Source of the DNA: a virus
Direction: 5' to 3' (one strand)
Virus record (IMG/VR): IMGVR_UViG_3300017934_000023
Coordinates: 5,280 to 69,279 of that record
DNA: 64,000 nt
The position numbers were made by a program, and so were the translations under genes. Shown here one piece after another: positions 8,761-18,423 of the stretch. The notes beneath the pieces were generated by a model. The model worked only from the letters and a program-made list of their open reading frames with translations. It searched no databases and was not told the origin of the DNA. Within the stretch, counting starts at the first letter, position 1; each line of letters starts with the position of its first letter.

Positions 8761-9465
8761 ATGACCTTACAACAGCTTGAAAGTGGTGTCAATATTTGGG
8801 CATCTTTTGTGAAAGCCCACGAGAAACTAGTCCTTATTTTGGCCCTTGTCGGCTTAGGTTTTTATGGCTACAACCGGGGGGTGAACGCTTGGGAAGCTTA
8901 TGATAAGCGTCACGTCGCCCTGGACCAGCAGAAGATCGATCAGGCACACCAGGAGAACGCTGCTCTAGCACAGCAGCTTGCGGCCCTTAAGTTTACCGTG
9001 GACACGAATGCCCGGATAGCCGATGCAAAGATTTCGGCCGCCCATGAGGCTGCCAAGAAACAACAGGCTACAGACCAGCAGCTTCCGCTACCGGATCTTG
9101 CGCAGCGGTGGGCTTCGCTTCTTCCTATTACAACCCATCCAGATGATATTGTTCCTGCACCCGACAATAAATTGGTATTGACAGAATTTGTGTCTCGTGC
9201 TACAGTAGTAGAGTTAGAAAGAATTCCTGATCTCACTGAATCGGTTGTGCAGACGACAGCGGAACTCGCGGGATGCAATCAGGTTCGCGCAAAGCAAGAT
9301 GAAGTACTTGCAGGCAAAGATAAAGAATTAATTGCAGAGAAACAAGCTAGAGTAGACGACGCCAAGCTGGCGAAAGTAGCACAGCGGAAATCCTGGCTTC
9401 GTGGATTCAAAGTCGGGGCAATCGTCGGTTTTGTAGCCGGCGCATTCCTCGGACATAGTGTTTAA
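8761..9465 (+). CDS. membrane-anchored coiled-coil protein (possible spanin-like lysis accessory)
   Basis: N-terminal TM helix, long coiled coil, C-terminal hydrophobic Gly-rich segment. Confidence 0.5.
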   Translation: MTLQQLESGVNIWASFVKAHEKLVLILALVGLGFYGYNRGVNAWEAYDKRHVALDQQKIDQAHQENAALAQQLAALKFTVDTNARIADAKISAAHEAAKKQQATDQQLPLPDLAQRWASLLPITTHPDDIVPAPDNKLVLTEFVSRATVVELERIPDLTESVVQTTAELAGCNQVRAKQDEVLAGKDKELIAEKQARVDDAKLAKVAQRKSWLRGFKVGAIVGFVAGAFLGHSV

Positions 9466-9481
9466 AATCTTAGGAGATTCA

Positions 9482-11101
9482 ATGTCTCATAACGTCGAAG
9501 AAGAGAAAGTTTTAATCGATCAGACAGTAGCAGTTTACGAAAAGAATGCCGGAAACATTCGCGCTACTGCGCTCGAATTAGGTATTGCAAGAAGCACTGT
9601 TAGAGATCGCATCAAGAAAGTAGGCCTAGGAAAGAAGCCCCTAGCCGGCGGAACCAAAGAAGGTACTCCGACGCAACCTGAAAAGCTTCCGCAAGCTGGA
9701 GAAGTAAAACGATATATTTTGACTTCTGCGCAAAATAATACTCATGTTCACGCAGAATTTTTGGAAAACTTGGAAACCTTGGCAAAATATTATAATGCCG
9801 AAATCATCGTAGGAACCTATACCTACAATCAGAATCACTATGGCAAGTTGAGTGTGAAGCGCGGTAAAGATAAGCAGGAAGAGAAGCAGTTGTGGTACGA
9901 TCCGGCTATCATAAAGTACATCAAAGACTACCGCATTGAATTAGGTAAGGGGCTGGTATGGGCGGGTGAATATAACGCGCTGCCGACGAATGTTAACCCC
10001 CTGGCCGGGTTGGAATCATACACCGGACGCAAGAGCGCGATCTTCCCTCATGCGAAGCTGGCTATGCGCAGTATCGCAACTATGCAGGGCGAGGGAGTGA
10101 AGCTGAATTATACCACGGGCACCGTGACACAGCGTAATTACATCCAGAAGCGCGAGGGCGTGATCGCAGAGTTCCACCACATCTACGGCGCGCTACTGGT
10201 TGAAGTTAACTCGGATGGTCATTGGTGGGTCCGTCAACTGAATCAGGATGAGGGCACCGGGACGTTGCAAGATTTGAATGTGTTGGTGAAGGGTGGAAAA
10301 ATCATCAGCAAAACGGAGCGCGTGGAAGCTATCACCTACGGTGATCTGCACGGCACCTTTGCGGACCCAGGTATCGTGGCAACATCACAAAACATGCTTG
10401 ACATTCTGCGTCCCAAGTATCAGTTCCTGCACGATGTAATGGAAGGCGTGTCGATCAATCCGCATGACCGCAAATATAAGAATAACCATGCAAAGTTCCA
10501 CACATGGTTGCGTGGCTACGGACGCTTGGATGCCGAATTAAGAGATACGGCAGCGCTCTTGAAGACTTTCACCCGTGATTTCTCGAAGACTGTGATCGTC
10601 GATTCGAATCACGATGATGCGTGGTTGCATCGTTGGCTGCAAGAATACGACTATCGCGTGGATCCAGCGAATGCGGAATTATTCTTGAAGCTACAAACAT
10701 ATGTCTACGAGCAGATTCGCAGAGGTAAGATGCCGCGCGACATCAGTGTGATTGAGTATGCGTTGACCGGCGCGGGCTATACAGATCCGGCAAGATTTTT
10801 GCTGGCAGACGAATCGTATTTGATCTGCAATCGCAAGATCGAATGTGGTATGCACGGTCACTTAGGCCCAGGTGGGCGCCGCGGTTCACCGGACAATCTT
10901 TCGAAGATGGCGAGGAAGGCCAATACCGCACACACCCATGCCACCGGGATTTACAACGGACTCTACGTGGCAGGCACCAGCAGCAAGCTGCGTTGGGACT
11001 ACAACCTCGGGCCCAGTAATTGGACGAACAGCCATATTGTGACCTATCCGAATGGCAAGCGTTCTATCATAACGATTTACGCTGATAAGTGGAGAGCATA
11101 A
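9482..11101 (+). CDS. A1: T5 A1-like protein (metallophosphoesterase-fold nuclease) with N-terminal HTH
   Basis: RYILTSAQNNT, NALPT..PLAG, TTGTVTQRNYIQ, YGDLH, FLHD, SNHD, GMHGH.G, AHTH, SNWTNSHIVTYPNGKR follow the T5 A1 motif order. Confidence 0.85.
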   Translation: MSHNVEEEKVLIDQTVAVYEKNAGNIRATALELGIARSTVRDRIKKVGLGKKPLAGGTKEGTPTQPEKLPQAGEVKRYILTSAQNNTHVHAEFLENLETLAKYYNAEIIVGTYTYNQNHYGKLSVKRGKDKQEEKQLWYDPAIIKYIKDYRIELGKGLVWAGEYNALPTNVNPLAGLESYTGRKSAIFPHAKLAMRSIATMQGEGVKLNYTTGTVTQRNYIQKREGVIAEFHHIYGALLVEVNSDGHWWVRQLNQDEGTGTLQDLNVLVKGGKIISKTERVEAITYGDLHGTFADPGIVATSQNMLDILRPKYQFLHDVMEGVSINPHDRKYKNNHAKFHTWLRGYGRLDAELRDTAALLKTFTRDFSKTVIVDSNHDDAWLHRWLQEYDYRVDPANAELFLKLQTYVYEQIRRGKMPRDISVIEYALTGAGYTDPARFLLADESYLICNRKIECGMHGHLGPGGRRGSPDNLSKMARKANTAHTHATGIYNGLYVAGTSSKLRWDYNLGPSNWTNSHIVTYPNGKRSIITIYADKWRA

Positions 11102-11754
11102 TGGATAAGCAGATTATACTCGGCTTCGGCAACAAGGCTCGCCAGGGAAAGGATACAGCCGCATCCGGGATTGAAGAGTGGGTCAAAGCTGCACAGTTTG
11201 GAAACATTCTTCATGTGGGTTTTGCCGACGCTCTTCGGATTGAAGTGTCTGAGGCTATTAAGAATTGCGGCGGGGATGTAGAACTCCTTTTGGCTCAAGG
11301 ACCGGAACCTGGAATCAGGTTTCCTTCGTGGGTTAAGGCTACGCCTAATCCGACGATCGAGCCACTGAGTCCTTACGGAAAGCACGCTACGATCATGCAG
11401 TGGTGGGGCACGAATTATCGTCGAGAACAGAATCCAAATTATTGGGTTGACAAATTCAAGGAACGTGTGGTAGGATTTGAAGGAGTAGTAGTTGCAGGCG
11501 ATGTTCGGTTCGTGAATGAAGCTATCGCGATCACAGAGCTTGGTGGCTTTACAGCGAACGTGCGGCGCCTTAACGAAGATGGAACGCAGTATTTTGATTC
11601 ATCTCGGCCAGCAGGGCATCAGTCTGAAATAGAACTGGATACCTGGAACTGGGATTATAGGATCATTGCGAAATCAGGACAAGTTGAATTAGTCAAAGCG
11701 CAAGCCGTACAGATTTTATTCGATGTGATGCGCTTGAAGAAATGGATATCATGA
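11101..11754 (+). CDS. deoxynucleoside monophosphate kinase
   Basis: GNKARQGKDTAA P-loop, FADALR, QWWGTNYRR, DVRFVNE, HQSE. Confidence 0.85.
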   Translation: MDKQIILGFGNKARQGKDTAASGIEEWVKAAQFGNILHVGFADALRIEVSEAIKNCGGDVELLLAQGPEPGIRFPSWVKATPNPTIEPLSPYGKHATIMQWWGTNYRREQNPNYWVDKFKERVVGFEGVVVAGDVRFVNEAIAITELGGFTANVRRLNEDGTQYFDSSRPAGHQSEIELDTWNWDYRIIAKSGQVELVKAQAVQILFDVMRLKKWIS

Positions 11755-12209
11755 AAAACAAACCGACTGTTTATTTGGCCGGCCCTATCCGCGGAGAGCA
11801 AGATTACGTTTGGCGTAAAGCCTTCGTAAAGGAATATCAGAGTGAGATGCAGTTTCGCATCCCTTCGGATATCATTACGATGGACATGGCTAAGCTTCGG
11901 AATTTCGGTCCAGCGGCTTACATGACGTATCGTACCGACCTGGATCTGATTGATCGGTCGGAGATCGTAGTAGCGAATTTGCTTCCTATGTCTGACGGAT
12001 ATCCTGCGATAGGTACTCTGTTTGAGATCGGGTATGCACGCGCGAAGGGAAAGCTTTTGTTTATCGTCGCAGATCAGAAGCGAAAGGAGCATCCGTTCCT
12101 GGCTTTTGGCGCCGATGGATTATATCCAAGTTTTGAGGAACTCGGTGTGTTCTTGCATCAGTATCTCGGGATCCTCAATGGTGGTTGTCCGGTGTTTGAA
12201 AAACTTTAA
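11742..12209 (+). CDS. nucleoside 2-deoxyribosyltransferase / dNMP N-glycosidase family protein
   Basis: VYLAGPI, DLDLIDRSEIVVA, GTLFEIGYA. Confidence 0.85.
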   Translation: MDIMKNKPTVYLAGPIRGEQDYVWRKAFVKEYQSEMQFRIPSDIITMDMAKLRNFGPAAYMTYRTDLDLIDRSEIVVANLLPMSDGYPAIGTLFEIGYARAKGKLLFIVADQKRKEHPFLAFGADGLYPSFEELGVFLHQYLGILNGGCPVFEKL

Positions 12210-12221
12210 GGAGAATAAGAA

Positions 12222-12557
12222 ATGCCAATTTCAGACGTAACAATGCGCACGATCAAGTGTGACAACGAGAAGTGCGACAAGGAAGTCACGTTCAATGTTC
12301 AGGATCAGGCCGCCATTGCTGCGCTGCCCGACTGGCTGCGAACCTACCGCAACGTCGTTCTCGGAAATAATGCCCGCTTTGGGTATTGCTCTGACGAATG
12401 TGAAGTCGAAGGTGTGACGTCCGGCGTTCATAACGTTCCGGAACCCAAGAAGGTCGAAGTGGCCACACCTGCCGATGCGCAGCAAGTAATTGCAAATGCC
12501 AAGGTGGCTGATGCGCTAAAGGCCAAGAAGGGCAAAGGCAAAGTTAGCCTCGAGTAA
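12222..12557 (+). CDS. hypothetical zinc-binding protein
   Basis: CDNEKC ... YCSDEC; AAGGAG RBS. Confidence 0.6.
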   Translation: MPISDVTMRTIKCDNEKCDKEVTFNVQDQAAIAALPDWLRTYRNVVLGNNARFGYCSDECEVEGVTSGVHNVPEPKKVEVATPADAQQVIANAKVADALKAKKGKGKVSLE

Positions 12558-12559
12558 CT

Positions 12560-12889
12560 ATGGACACATTCATTCGCATTAAGGGTATACTCAAGCAGCC
12601 CATCTACGAGACAGGGCCTTGGTATACCCTATGGCGTTTGAAACCTGTTGAGACTTACAAGTCTATGTCTTTCTCTGCTAGTCATAAAGACGATGCAGAA
12701 CTTTTCAGCATCATTGATAAGGTGATGGGAACCATTATGCACAACCAAGGAATGTCTGTTGTGACAGATGAGTTGATGTCTACCAAGAAAGTAGATAATT
12801 TACAATTCTGGCCCATGCATAATTTTTCTCATATCGAAGTAGAGACTCGGCTTTTGTCGGCTCCCCCAGTAGAAGGTATGGTTCAATGA
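12560..12889 (+). CDS. hypothetical protein
   Basis: ORF coupled to the ClpP-like gene (ATGA). Confidence 0.55.
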   Translation: MDTFIRIKGILKQPIYETGPWYTLWRLKPVETYKSMSFSASHKDDAELFSIIDKVMGTIMHNQGMSVVTDELMSTKKVDNLQFWPMHNFSHIEVETRLLSAPPVEGMVQ

Positions 12890-13434
12890 ATTCGACATTC
12901 GTAATCACAGGAGAAATCGTTCCGGCGACTGCCAACCAATTCTTTTGGGTAGCAGGCGAGGATTTTATAACAGATGTTGTTATATCATCTCCGGGCGGTG
13001 ACATAGGGCTGACGTATGGAATGTTCGATGTGATCAAGTTCCAGAAGATGCGAACGCACGTCGTTGGACTAGCTCAGTCGGCGGCCGCGGTGTTGCTGCA
13101 GTCCGGCAGTTGGCGAACCATGACCAACAGCAGTCTTTTGCAGTTTCATGCACCAGAAGAAAATGTTTCTGATGCAGAGTTTCGGTTGTATACTCAGCTT
13201 GTTGAGATGGTGGCACAGCGTTCCGGTCTCAACATTGCCGAGGCACACGATCTTTTTGACAACCATTTTATTACAGCGAATCGGGCCCTGGAGTTAGGCC
13301 TGATCGATGAAATCGCGGAAGACGCGAAAGTTATGAGGTGGACCAGAGATGGGAGAAGTCACAGAATTCCGGAAATTGGAAGCAGGAACGGGACCAATGA
13401 AACCGAAGCTGACGGATGTGGTGGCGGCATTTAA
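12886..13434 (+). CDS. clpP: ClpP-like serine protease
   Basis: ISSPGGD, GLAQSAAAVLL (Ser), QFHAP (His), DNHFITANRALELGLIDEI (Asp region). Confidence 0.85.
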   Translation: MNSTFVITGEIVPATANQFFWVAGEDFITDVVISSPGGDIGLTYGMFDVIKFQKMRTHVVGLAQSAAAVLLQSGSWRTMTNSSLLQFHAPEENVSDAEFRLYTQLVEMVAQRSGLNIAEAHDLFDNHFITANRALELGLIDEIAEDAKVMRWTRDGRSHRIPEIGSRNGTNETEADGCGGGI

Positions 13435-13612
13435 ATTTTCGCGCCTGCCTCGAGAAGAACGTATGGCTCAGCTTATCGAGCAGATTATTGAAAATAATGT
13501 TTTCTCTGGATTAGGTCCAGAGTCAATTCGTATGATTACCAGCCAACTGGAACCATACGCTAAGAAAGACTTCGCGGTTCGTTACGGGCACCTGGACGAT
13601 GGCAAGAATTAG
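13349..13612 (+). CDS. hypothetical protein
   Basis: GAGG RBS; overlaps the clpP tail. Confidence 0.5.
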   Translation: MGEVTEFRKLEAGTGPMKPKLTDVVAAFKFSRLPREERMAQLIEQIIENNVFSGLGPESIRMITSQLEPYAKKDFAVRYGHLDDGKN

Positions 13613-13934
13613 GATCACGCGCGATACAGTAGAAATAGAAGCGCGGTTACGATCATTCATAACCCGGGCGCCAAGACTTGACTCTAAGATCTCTAAGCAA
13701 TTACTTGCAGCTATCTCGGGTCTAGCCTATTTATACAAAGTGGAGATGGGGCCTATATTCTACACTTTGATTCGTAACTATTTTGGTTATATGCCAAAGA
13801 GTGAGTTTGACACAAGCAAGCCACCTACTGAGTCTCAATTGAAGCCAGAGGAACCAGAAAATAAACCCTTGACTCCCGAACCAATCAGTGGTATATTGGA
13901 TGGGCTGGAGGATGATGATGGCGACAAAGATTGA
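13599..13934 (+). CDS. hypothetical protein
   Basis: packed ORF with acidic tail. Confidence 0.5.
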   Translation: MARIRITRDTVEIEARLRSFITRAPRLDSKISKQLLAAISGLAYLYKVEMGPIFYTLIRNYFGYMPKSEFDTSKPPTESQLKPEEPENKPLTPEPISGILDGLEDDDGDKD

Positions 13935-14328
13935 GTATATTCCGTTTGCAGATCAACAAGTTGAAGGCGATTGGCGCGTTGAGGCTATTAACGAAAAAGA
14001 AGGTGAAGTTTATATCGCCATTTTTAGTGGTCCCGGCTGTGAAAAGCGAGCGCACGAATATGCAGCTTTCAAGAATGGCAAGCACCCTTTGTCTGCCCCT
14101 AAACCTGTTGTTGCCCCTCCCGTTCCTGTTCCGGCCCCTGCGGCGCCAGTGGCAGAGAAACTTAGCCGCGGAGAGTTTAGAATACGGACTACAGATAATG
14201 GAACTTTAGTTGTTCGTCCGCATGAGATGAATTGGAAGTTTGACAAAATTAGGAAAACACTTTCAGGAAAGCCTAAGCCGGCAATCGAGCGGATCGACGG
14301 CATAACTGTCGAGAAAGAGGAAAAGTAA
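13918..14328 (+). CDS. hypothetical protein
   Basis: GGAGG RBS; Pro/Ala linker between two domains. Confidence 0.55.
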   Translation: MATKIEYIPFADQQVEGDWRVEAINEKEGEVYIAIFSGPGCEKRAHEYAAFKNGKHPLSAPKPVVAPPVPVPAPAAPVAEKLSRGEFRIRTTDNGTLVVRPHEMNWKFDKIRKTLSGKPKPAIERIDGITVEKEEK

Positions 14329-15045
14329 ATGTTGATAGCGTCTTTTGATTTCGAAACAACCGGGCTCGACGTTAATCAGGACAGAGTTATAGAAGTGGGG
14401 GCAATTTTATACACTACCACATTCAAGCGCGTGGTGATGGCTGAAAGCTTCCTGGTCGACAACGAGCAGCCTATTCCTAAGATCATTACGGATATCACCA
14501 AGGTGAATAAGCCAATGATCGATAAGTTTGGTTTGACATCGGCAGACGGGCTGGCACGGCTACAGAATTATTTCGACATGTCGGAAGCTGTGCTTGGAAA
14601 GAACATCACGGACTTCGATCTTCCGCTGTATCGTAACTGGTGCTTGCGTGAGAAGGAAGAGCCGATTGAAAAGATCATTGTTGATCTTGAGACAGATCTG
14701 ATTGATGTCGAACCAAAGCACTTGGGATATATGGCGGCCGATGATGGATTTTTGAATCCATTTCCTCATGCAGCTTTGCCGGATGCCTGGACCGCGCTTC
14801 GTCTATTCGAGCGCAACGCAGAGAAGTACGGACTCGAGAAGGTGATTGAGCATGCTAAGTCTCCGCGCGTTTATCTTAGAGCCCATGTGACTTTCGAAAC
14901 GAATTATCTGGCGCGGGAGAGAAAATTTCGCTGGAACAATGATCGAAAGATTTGGTGGAAGGTTTGTAAGGAACAGGATTTAGAAGCTGAAACTAAGGCG
15001 GCTCAGTTTGATGTGTCGCGCACAGATCCAGTTCCTACCCATTAA
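14329..15045 (+). CDS. DEDDh 3'-5' exonuclease (DnaQ-like)
   Basis: FDFETTG ExoI, NITDFD ExoII, HAALPD ExoIII. Confidence 0.9.
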   Translation: MLIASFDFETTGLDVNQDRVIEVGAILYTTTFKRVVMAESFLVDNEQPIPKIITDITKVNKPMIDKFGLTSADGLARLQNYFDMSEAVLGKNITDFDLPLYRNWCLREKEEPIEKIIVDLETDLIDVEPKHLGYMAADDGFLNPFPHAALPDAWTALRLFERNAEKYGLEKVIEHAKSPRVYLRAHVTFETNYLARERKFRWNNDRKIWWKVCKEQDLEAETKAAQFDVSRTDPVPTH

Positions 15046-15103
15046 GTTTCGGCGAAAGCCGAATGTAGTCAAACTCACAAAGTGAAAGGGAGACAATAAG
15101 CCT

Positions 15104-15670
15104 ATGGCAATGATAGTCTCAGTAAACACGAAAGAGTACGAAAAACCGGCCGAGGGCGTAGCTCTCGGTGTTCTAGCTGATGTCGCCGATTTGGGTCTCA
15201 TCGACGGACCTTATGGCGCGAAGCCTAAATACCGGTTCTCCTGGGTGATCGACCAGAAGGATTCGGAAGGAAACTATTTTGTGGTTTCCAAGACGTACAC
15301 TGCTTCTCTTCATGAGAAGTCAAACATGTATGCCGATGTGAAGGATATCCTTGGAGCGCCGCCTTCGGTGCCTTATGATGTCGAACTTCTGATTGGCAAA
15401 GTCAACATGCTGGTTCTTAAGAAGGAAACAGCTACTACTGGAAAATACGCGGGTAAGGATTTCGTCAACATCAAGGCGTTCCTTAGCGCGCGGCCGACGG
15501 ATAGGTTTGCAGTTCCTGCCGGCTATGTTCGTGAAAAGGATGGAGGTCAGTTCGGCCGCCCACCCAAGCAGAACAACTCTCAACAGCAGCCTCGTACCGC
15601 CGCTCCTGCGCAGAGGCCGACAACGGCCCCCGCTGCTCCGGAAGTGGCTGGCGAAGATATTCCGTTTTAA
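15104..15670 (+). CDS. single-stranded DNA-binding protein (phage type)
   Basis: DLG..D, YTASLHEKSN, Q/P-rich linker and C-terminal EDIPF tip typical of SSBs. Confidence 0.75.
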   Translation: MAMIVSVNTKEYEKPAEGVALGVLADVADLGLIDGPYGAKPKYRFSWVIDQKDSEGNYFVVSKTYTASLHEKSNMYADVKDILGAPPSVPYDVELLIGKVNMLVLKKETATTGKYAGKDFVNIKAFLSARPTDRFAVPAGYVREKDGGQFGRPPKQNNSQQQPRTAAPAQRPTTAPAAPEVAGEDIPF

Positions 15671-15766
15671 TTCCAATTATTAGCGGAACAACGGAAAGCT
15701 GGAAAGCCCCGGGAGACGCAAGGCTTGACGGATCGGAGAGACGATCACTCTTTTTAAGGACAACGA

Positions 15767-17914
15767 ATGTCATTTAAAAGCTTAGCGTTGCCGATGGCTT
15801 TAATGAAGGTTCCGGTTGTTCGCCTCCAACCGAAAAGTAAGATTCCACTCGATAAAGCTTGGCAAACACTTGCGACTACAGATGTTAATAAAATTCTCGC
15901 GTGGAACTCAGAGACCCCTAATGCTAACTGCGCGTGCGTGGCAAAGCCAGATGGAGTTTTGTTCTTTGAGACAGATGAGCCGGGAGTGATTGAGCGTTAT
16001 GAAAAAGAGACCGGAAAAAGCTTTCGTACATTCACTGTCCAATCGCGTAAAGATCGATTTCACTTCTACTTTCTTCAAACAGATGAGTCTAGAAGCTGCG
16101 GCAGCATTACTCAAAAAGAAATCCCTTTCGGATCTCTGCGACAGAATAACGCGTATGTCGTCTCTCCAGGATCCATACATCCTACGACCGGCCTTCCTTA
16201 TGTTGTGAAAGATGAGTCACCAATTATTCCGATACCTTCGGAGTTGATTGCGTGGCTTATTTCTCAGAAAATGAAAGAACAAAAAACTACACCTTCGTTG
16301 ACAGGCAATGATCCTATTCCTCTTGGGATGCATGATGTCACTTTGACGGCCATTGCCGGTAAGTTGCGGCAGGATGGTTTAGAAAATGCAGAGATCGAAT
16401 CAGTTCTTGTTAGAACGTGCGAACAGCGTTGTACTGGCTACGGCAGCGATTACCGAGAAATGTGTCAGAAAATTGCTCGTTCTGTCTGCCGATATCCTGC
16501 AGGGGATCCTGGTCCGACTGTTCTCTTAGGCGGCAAGCTTCCTGGGCAGAATGTTACCCAGGCCCGCGCGCAAGCAAGCAGCGTGGCAAGCGCGGCTGCG
16601 GGAGTTGAATTACTTCCTTCCAATCATGAGGTGGTTGAAAATGAAGTCAAAGAACAAGACAACGAATACCCCTACTGGTGCTGGAACGGAACTCTCTACG
16701 AAGATTTTGCTACACTCTGTGGAGAGAATAACGTCGTCCCCAAAGAATATTTCATCGAATCCATTAAGACTGTGGTGGGAGCGATTTGTGGGCACAGGAT
16801 TTTTCCCCATCAGGCTCCAAACCAAGAATCTAGATTCTATACAGTCCTTGTTGGCCCGGGTGGCTGCGGTAAGTCGAGCGCTACGCGGTGGGCGCGGGAC
16901 ATGTTCATTGGTACGGGTTTGGTCTACGAACTCACGCAAGCAGGTGGGTACACAAACATTGGCTGCGCACAAGGCAGCTTTGCTTCAAGCAGCGGCCTCA
17001 TTAAAAATGGGTTTATGAAACATACGCGGCTTCTGCAAGTCTACGATGAAGCCACTACCATGATTGAGAAGTTTGGCATCCCGGGATCTGGAGATTCATT
17101 CCTAGACGCGATGAATCAACTTTTCGAATCAGGCAATATGCCTCAACTTGTGACACGGGAAACTAAAGAGATTATGTCCAAGGCAGTGCATAACAGCATT
17201 CTTGGATGTACCACGAAAGAGAAATGGTCGTCAGCTTTCGTCAGGACTAATTCAGAGAGTTCCGGATTCTTTCAGCGCCTCAACATCATCACCAGCGAAG
17301 AGGAGGGCCGTGTAGCCAACTGGGTTGAGCCCGATCTTTCAGTTCTTCGTGATCGATTCGTTCGTAAGATCCAACCTCTTGAATATCAGAATGTAGTTGT
17401 TCGGAGAACTCCGGAAGCCGCAGAGATGTTTGAGAAATGGTATTCAGACAAGAGGCCTGAATGGAAGGAATATCCTACGGATATCACCGGCCGCATTCAG
17501 GTTATGGTCCAGCGTAATGCTTCTCATCTGGCGTGGCTTTTGTCTGGTGATGATGTTCTGCCTGATGCAGAGAAGGCTCTCATTCCCATAGAAGTTTTGT
17601 GCGACGAAGAGATAATGGAAAAATCCATCGCGCTTGCAGAATATGAAATTGTCGCGCGTCTGGCTCACCAGCCAGCCCCGGGAAAGAACGACTGGGCTAT
17701 CATGGAGAATCTTATCAAGAGCGTTGTGAAACGCAAAGGTCAGATTCTGCGGTCCAAACTCGGAAGAGAAATTCGAGCGGATAACTATGGTGTTCAAACT
17801 TTTGAAAAAGCCATTAACAATTTAGTGCAGGAAGGTCTCATCAAGATCGGGCAGCGCGAAGGAGAAGTTAAACGCGGTCGTCGAGCCCAGGTCATAATGT
17901 GGTGCGAAGAATGA
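15767..17914 (+). CDS. bifunctional primase-polymerase + PriCT + helicase-like AAA domain
   Basis: HFYF, YVVSPGSIHPTTG.PY Prim-Pol motifs; GPGGCGKS Walker A; YDE Walker B; SGFFQR. Confidence 0.85.
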   Translation: MSFKSLALPMALMKVPVVRLQPKSKIPLDKAWQTLATTDVNKILAWNSETPNANCACVAKPDGVLFFETDEPGVIERYEKETGKSFRTFTVQSRKDRFHFYFLQTDESRSCGSITQKEIPFGSLRQNNAYVVSPGSIHPTTGLPYVVKDESPIIPIPSELIAWLISQKMKEQKTTPSLTGNDPIPLGMHDVTLTAIAGKLRQDGLENAEIESVLVRTCEQRCTGYGSDYREMCQKIARSVCRYPAGDPGPTVLLGGKLPGQNVTQARAQASSVASAAAGVELLPSNHEVVENEVKEQDNEYPYWCWNGTLYEDFATLCGENNVVPKEYFIESIKTVVGAICGHRIFPHQAPNQESRFYTVLVGPGGCGKSSATRWARDMFIGTGLVYELTQAGGYTNIGCAQGSFASSSGLIKNGFMKHTRLLQVYDEATTMIEKFGIPGSGDSFLDAMNQLFESGNMPQLVTRETKEIMSKAVHNSILGCTTKEKWSSAFVRTNSESSGFFQRLNIITSEEEGRVANWVEPDLSVLRDRFVRKIQPLEYQNVVVRRTPEAAEMFEKWYSDKRPEWKEYPTDITGRIQVMVQRNASHLAWLLSGDDVLPDAEKALIPIEVLCDEEIMEKSIALAEYEIVARLAHQPAPGKNDWAIMENLIKSVVKRKGQILRSKLGREIRADNYGVQTFEKAINNLVQEGLIKIGQREGEVKRGRRAQVIMWCEE

Positions 17915-18423
17915 AGAAAAATAAAAATGGTTATATTGATGATATTCTTGGTAAACAGTTTGGGTATTTGAAACCATATAAACGAGGGCCAAATTACATC
18001 TCAAATTGTAAAGGAAAAAAGAATACATCTACCCGCGTTTGGTGCTATGATTCATCTTTTCCTGGGGCTCCAGATAGATTGGTGCATGCAAGCTCTCTTA
18101 GACGGGGAGAAACTAGAGGATTGAATAGACCGCACGGATCCGGAAGCATCAGAACGGACGGATACAAAAGTATTAAAAAGAACGGTAAATTTATTTCAGA
18201 GCACCGTCAAGTAATGGCAGATTATTTGGGGCGAGAACTTTTGTCTTCTGAAAGTGTACATCATCGCGGCGATAGAGCAGACAATAAAATTGAATTATTG
18301 GTATTAAAGAATAGGGCCCACGGTTCCGGACAATCAATTTATGACCAGATAGTTTGGCTTAAGTCTTTAGGTATTAAGATTAGTTTTATTCCTTCTAAGC
18401 TTAAGAAAATCTGGAAAGACTGA
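17911..18423 (+). CDS. HNH homing endonuclease
   Basis: EHRQVMADYLGRELLSSESVHH.GDRADN; AT-rich insertion between primase and polymerase. Confidence 0.8.
   Translation: MKKNKNGYIDDILGKQFGYLKPYKRGPNYISNCKGKKNTSTRVWCYDSSFPGAPDRLVHASSLRRGETRGLNRPHGSGSIRTDGYKSIKKNGKFISEHRQVMADYLGRELLSSESVHHRGDRADNKIELLVLKNRAHGSGQSIYDQIVWLKSLGIKISFIPSKLKKIWKD

Noticed and set aside
12886-13434. Prohead maturation protease
   Set aside because: Located about 20 kb from the portal/scaffold/capsid genes among nucleotide-metabolism genes, and a separate scaffold gene is present
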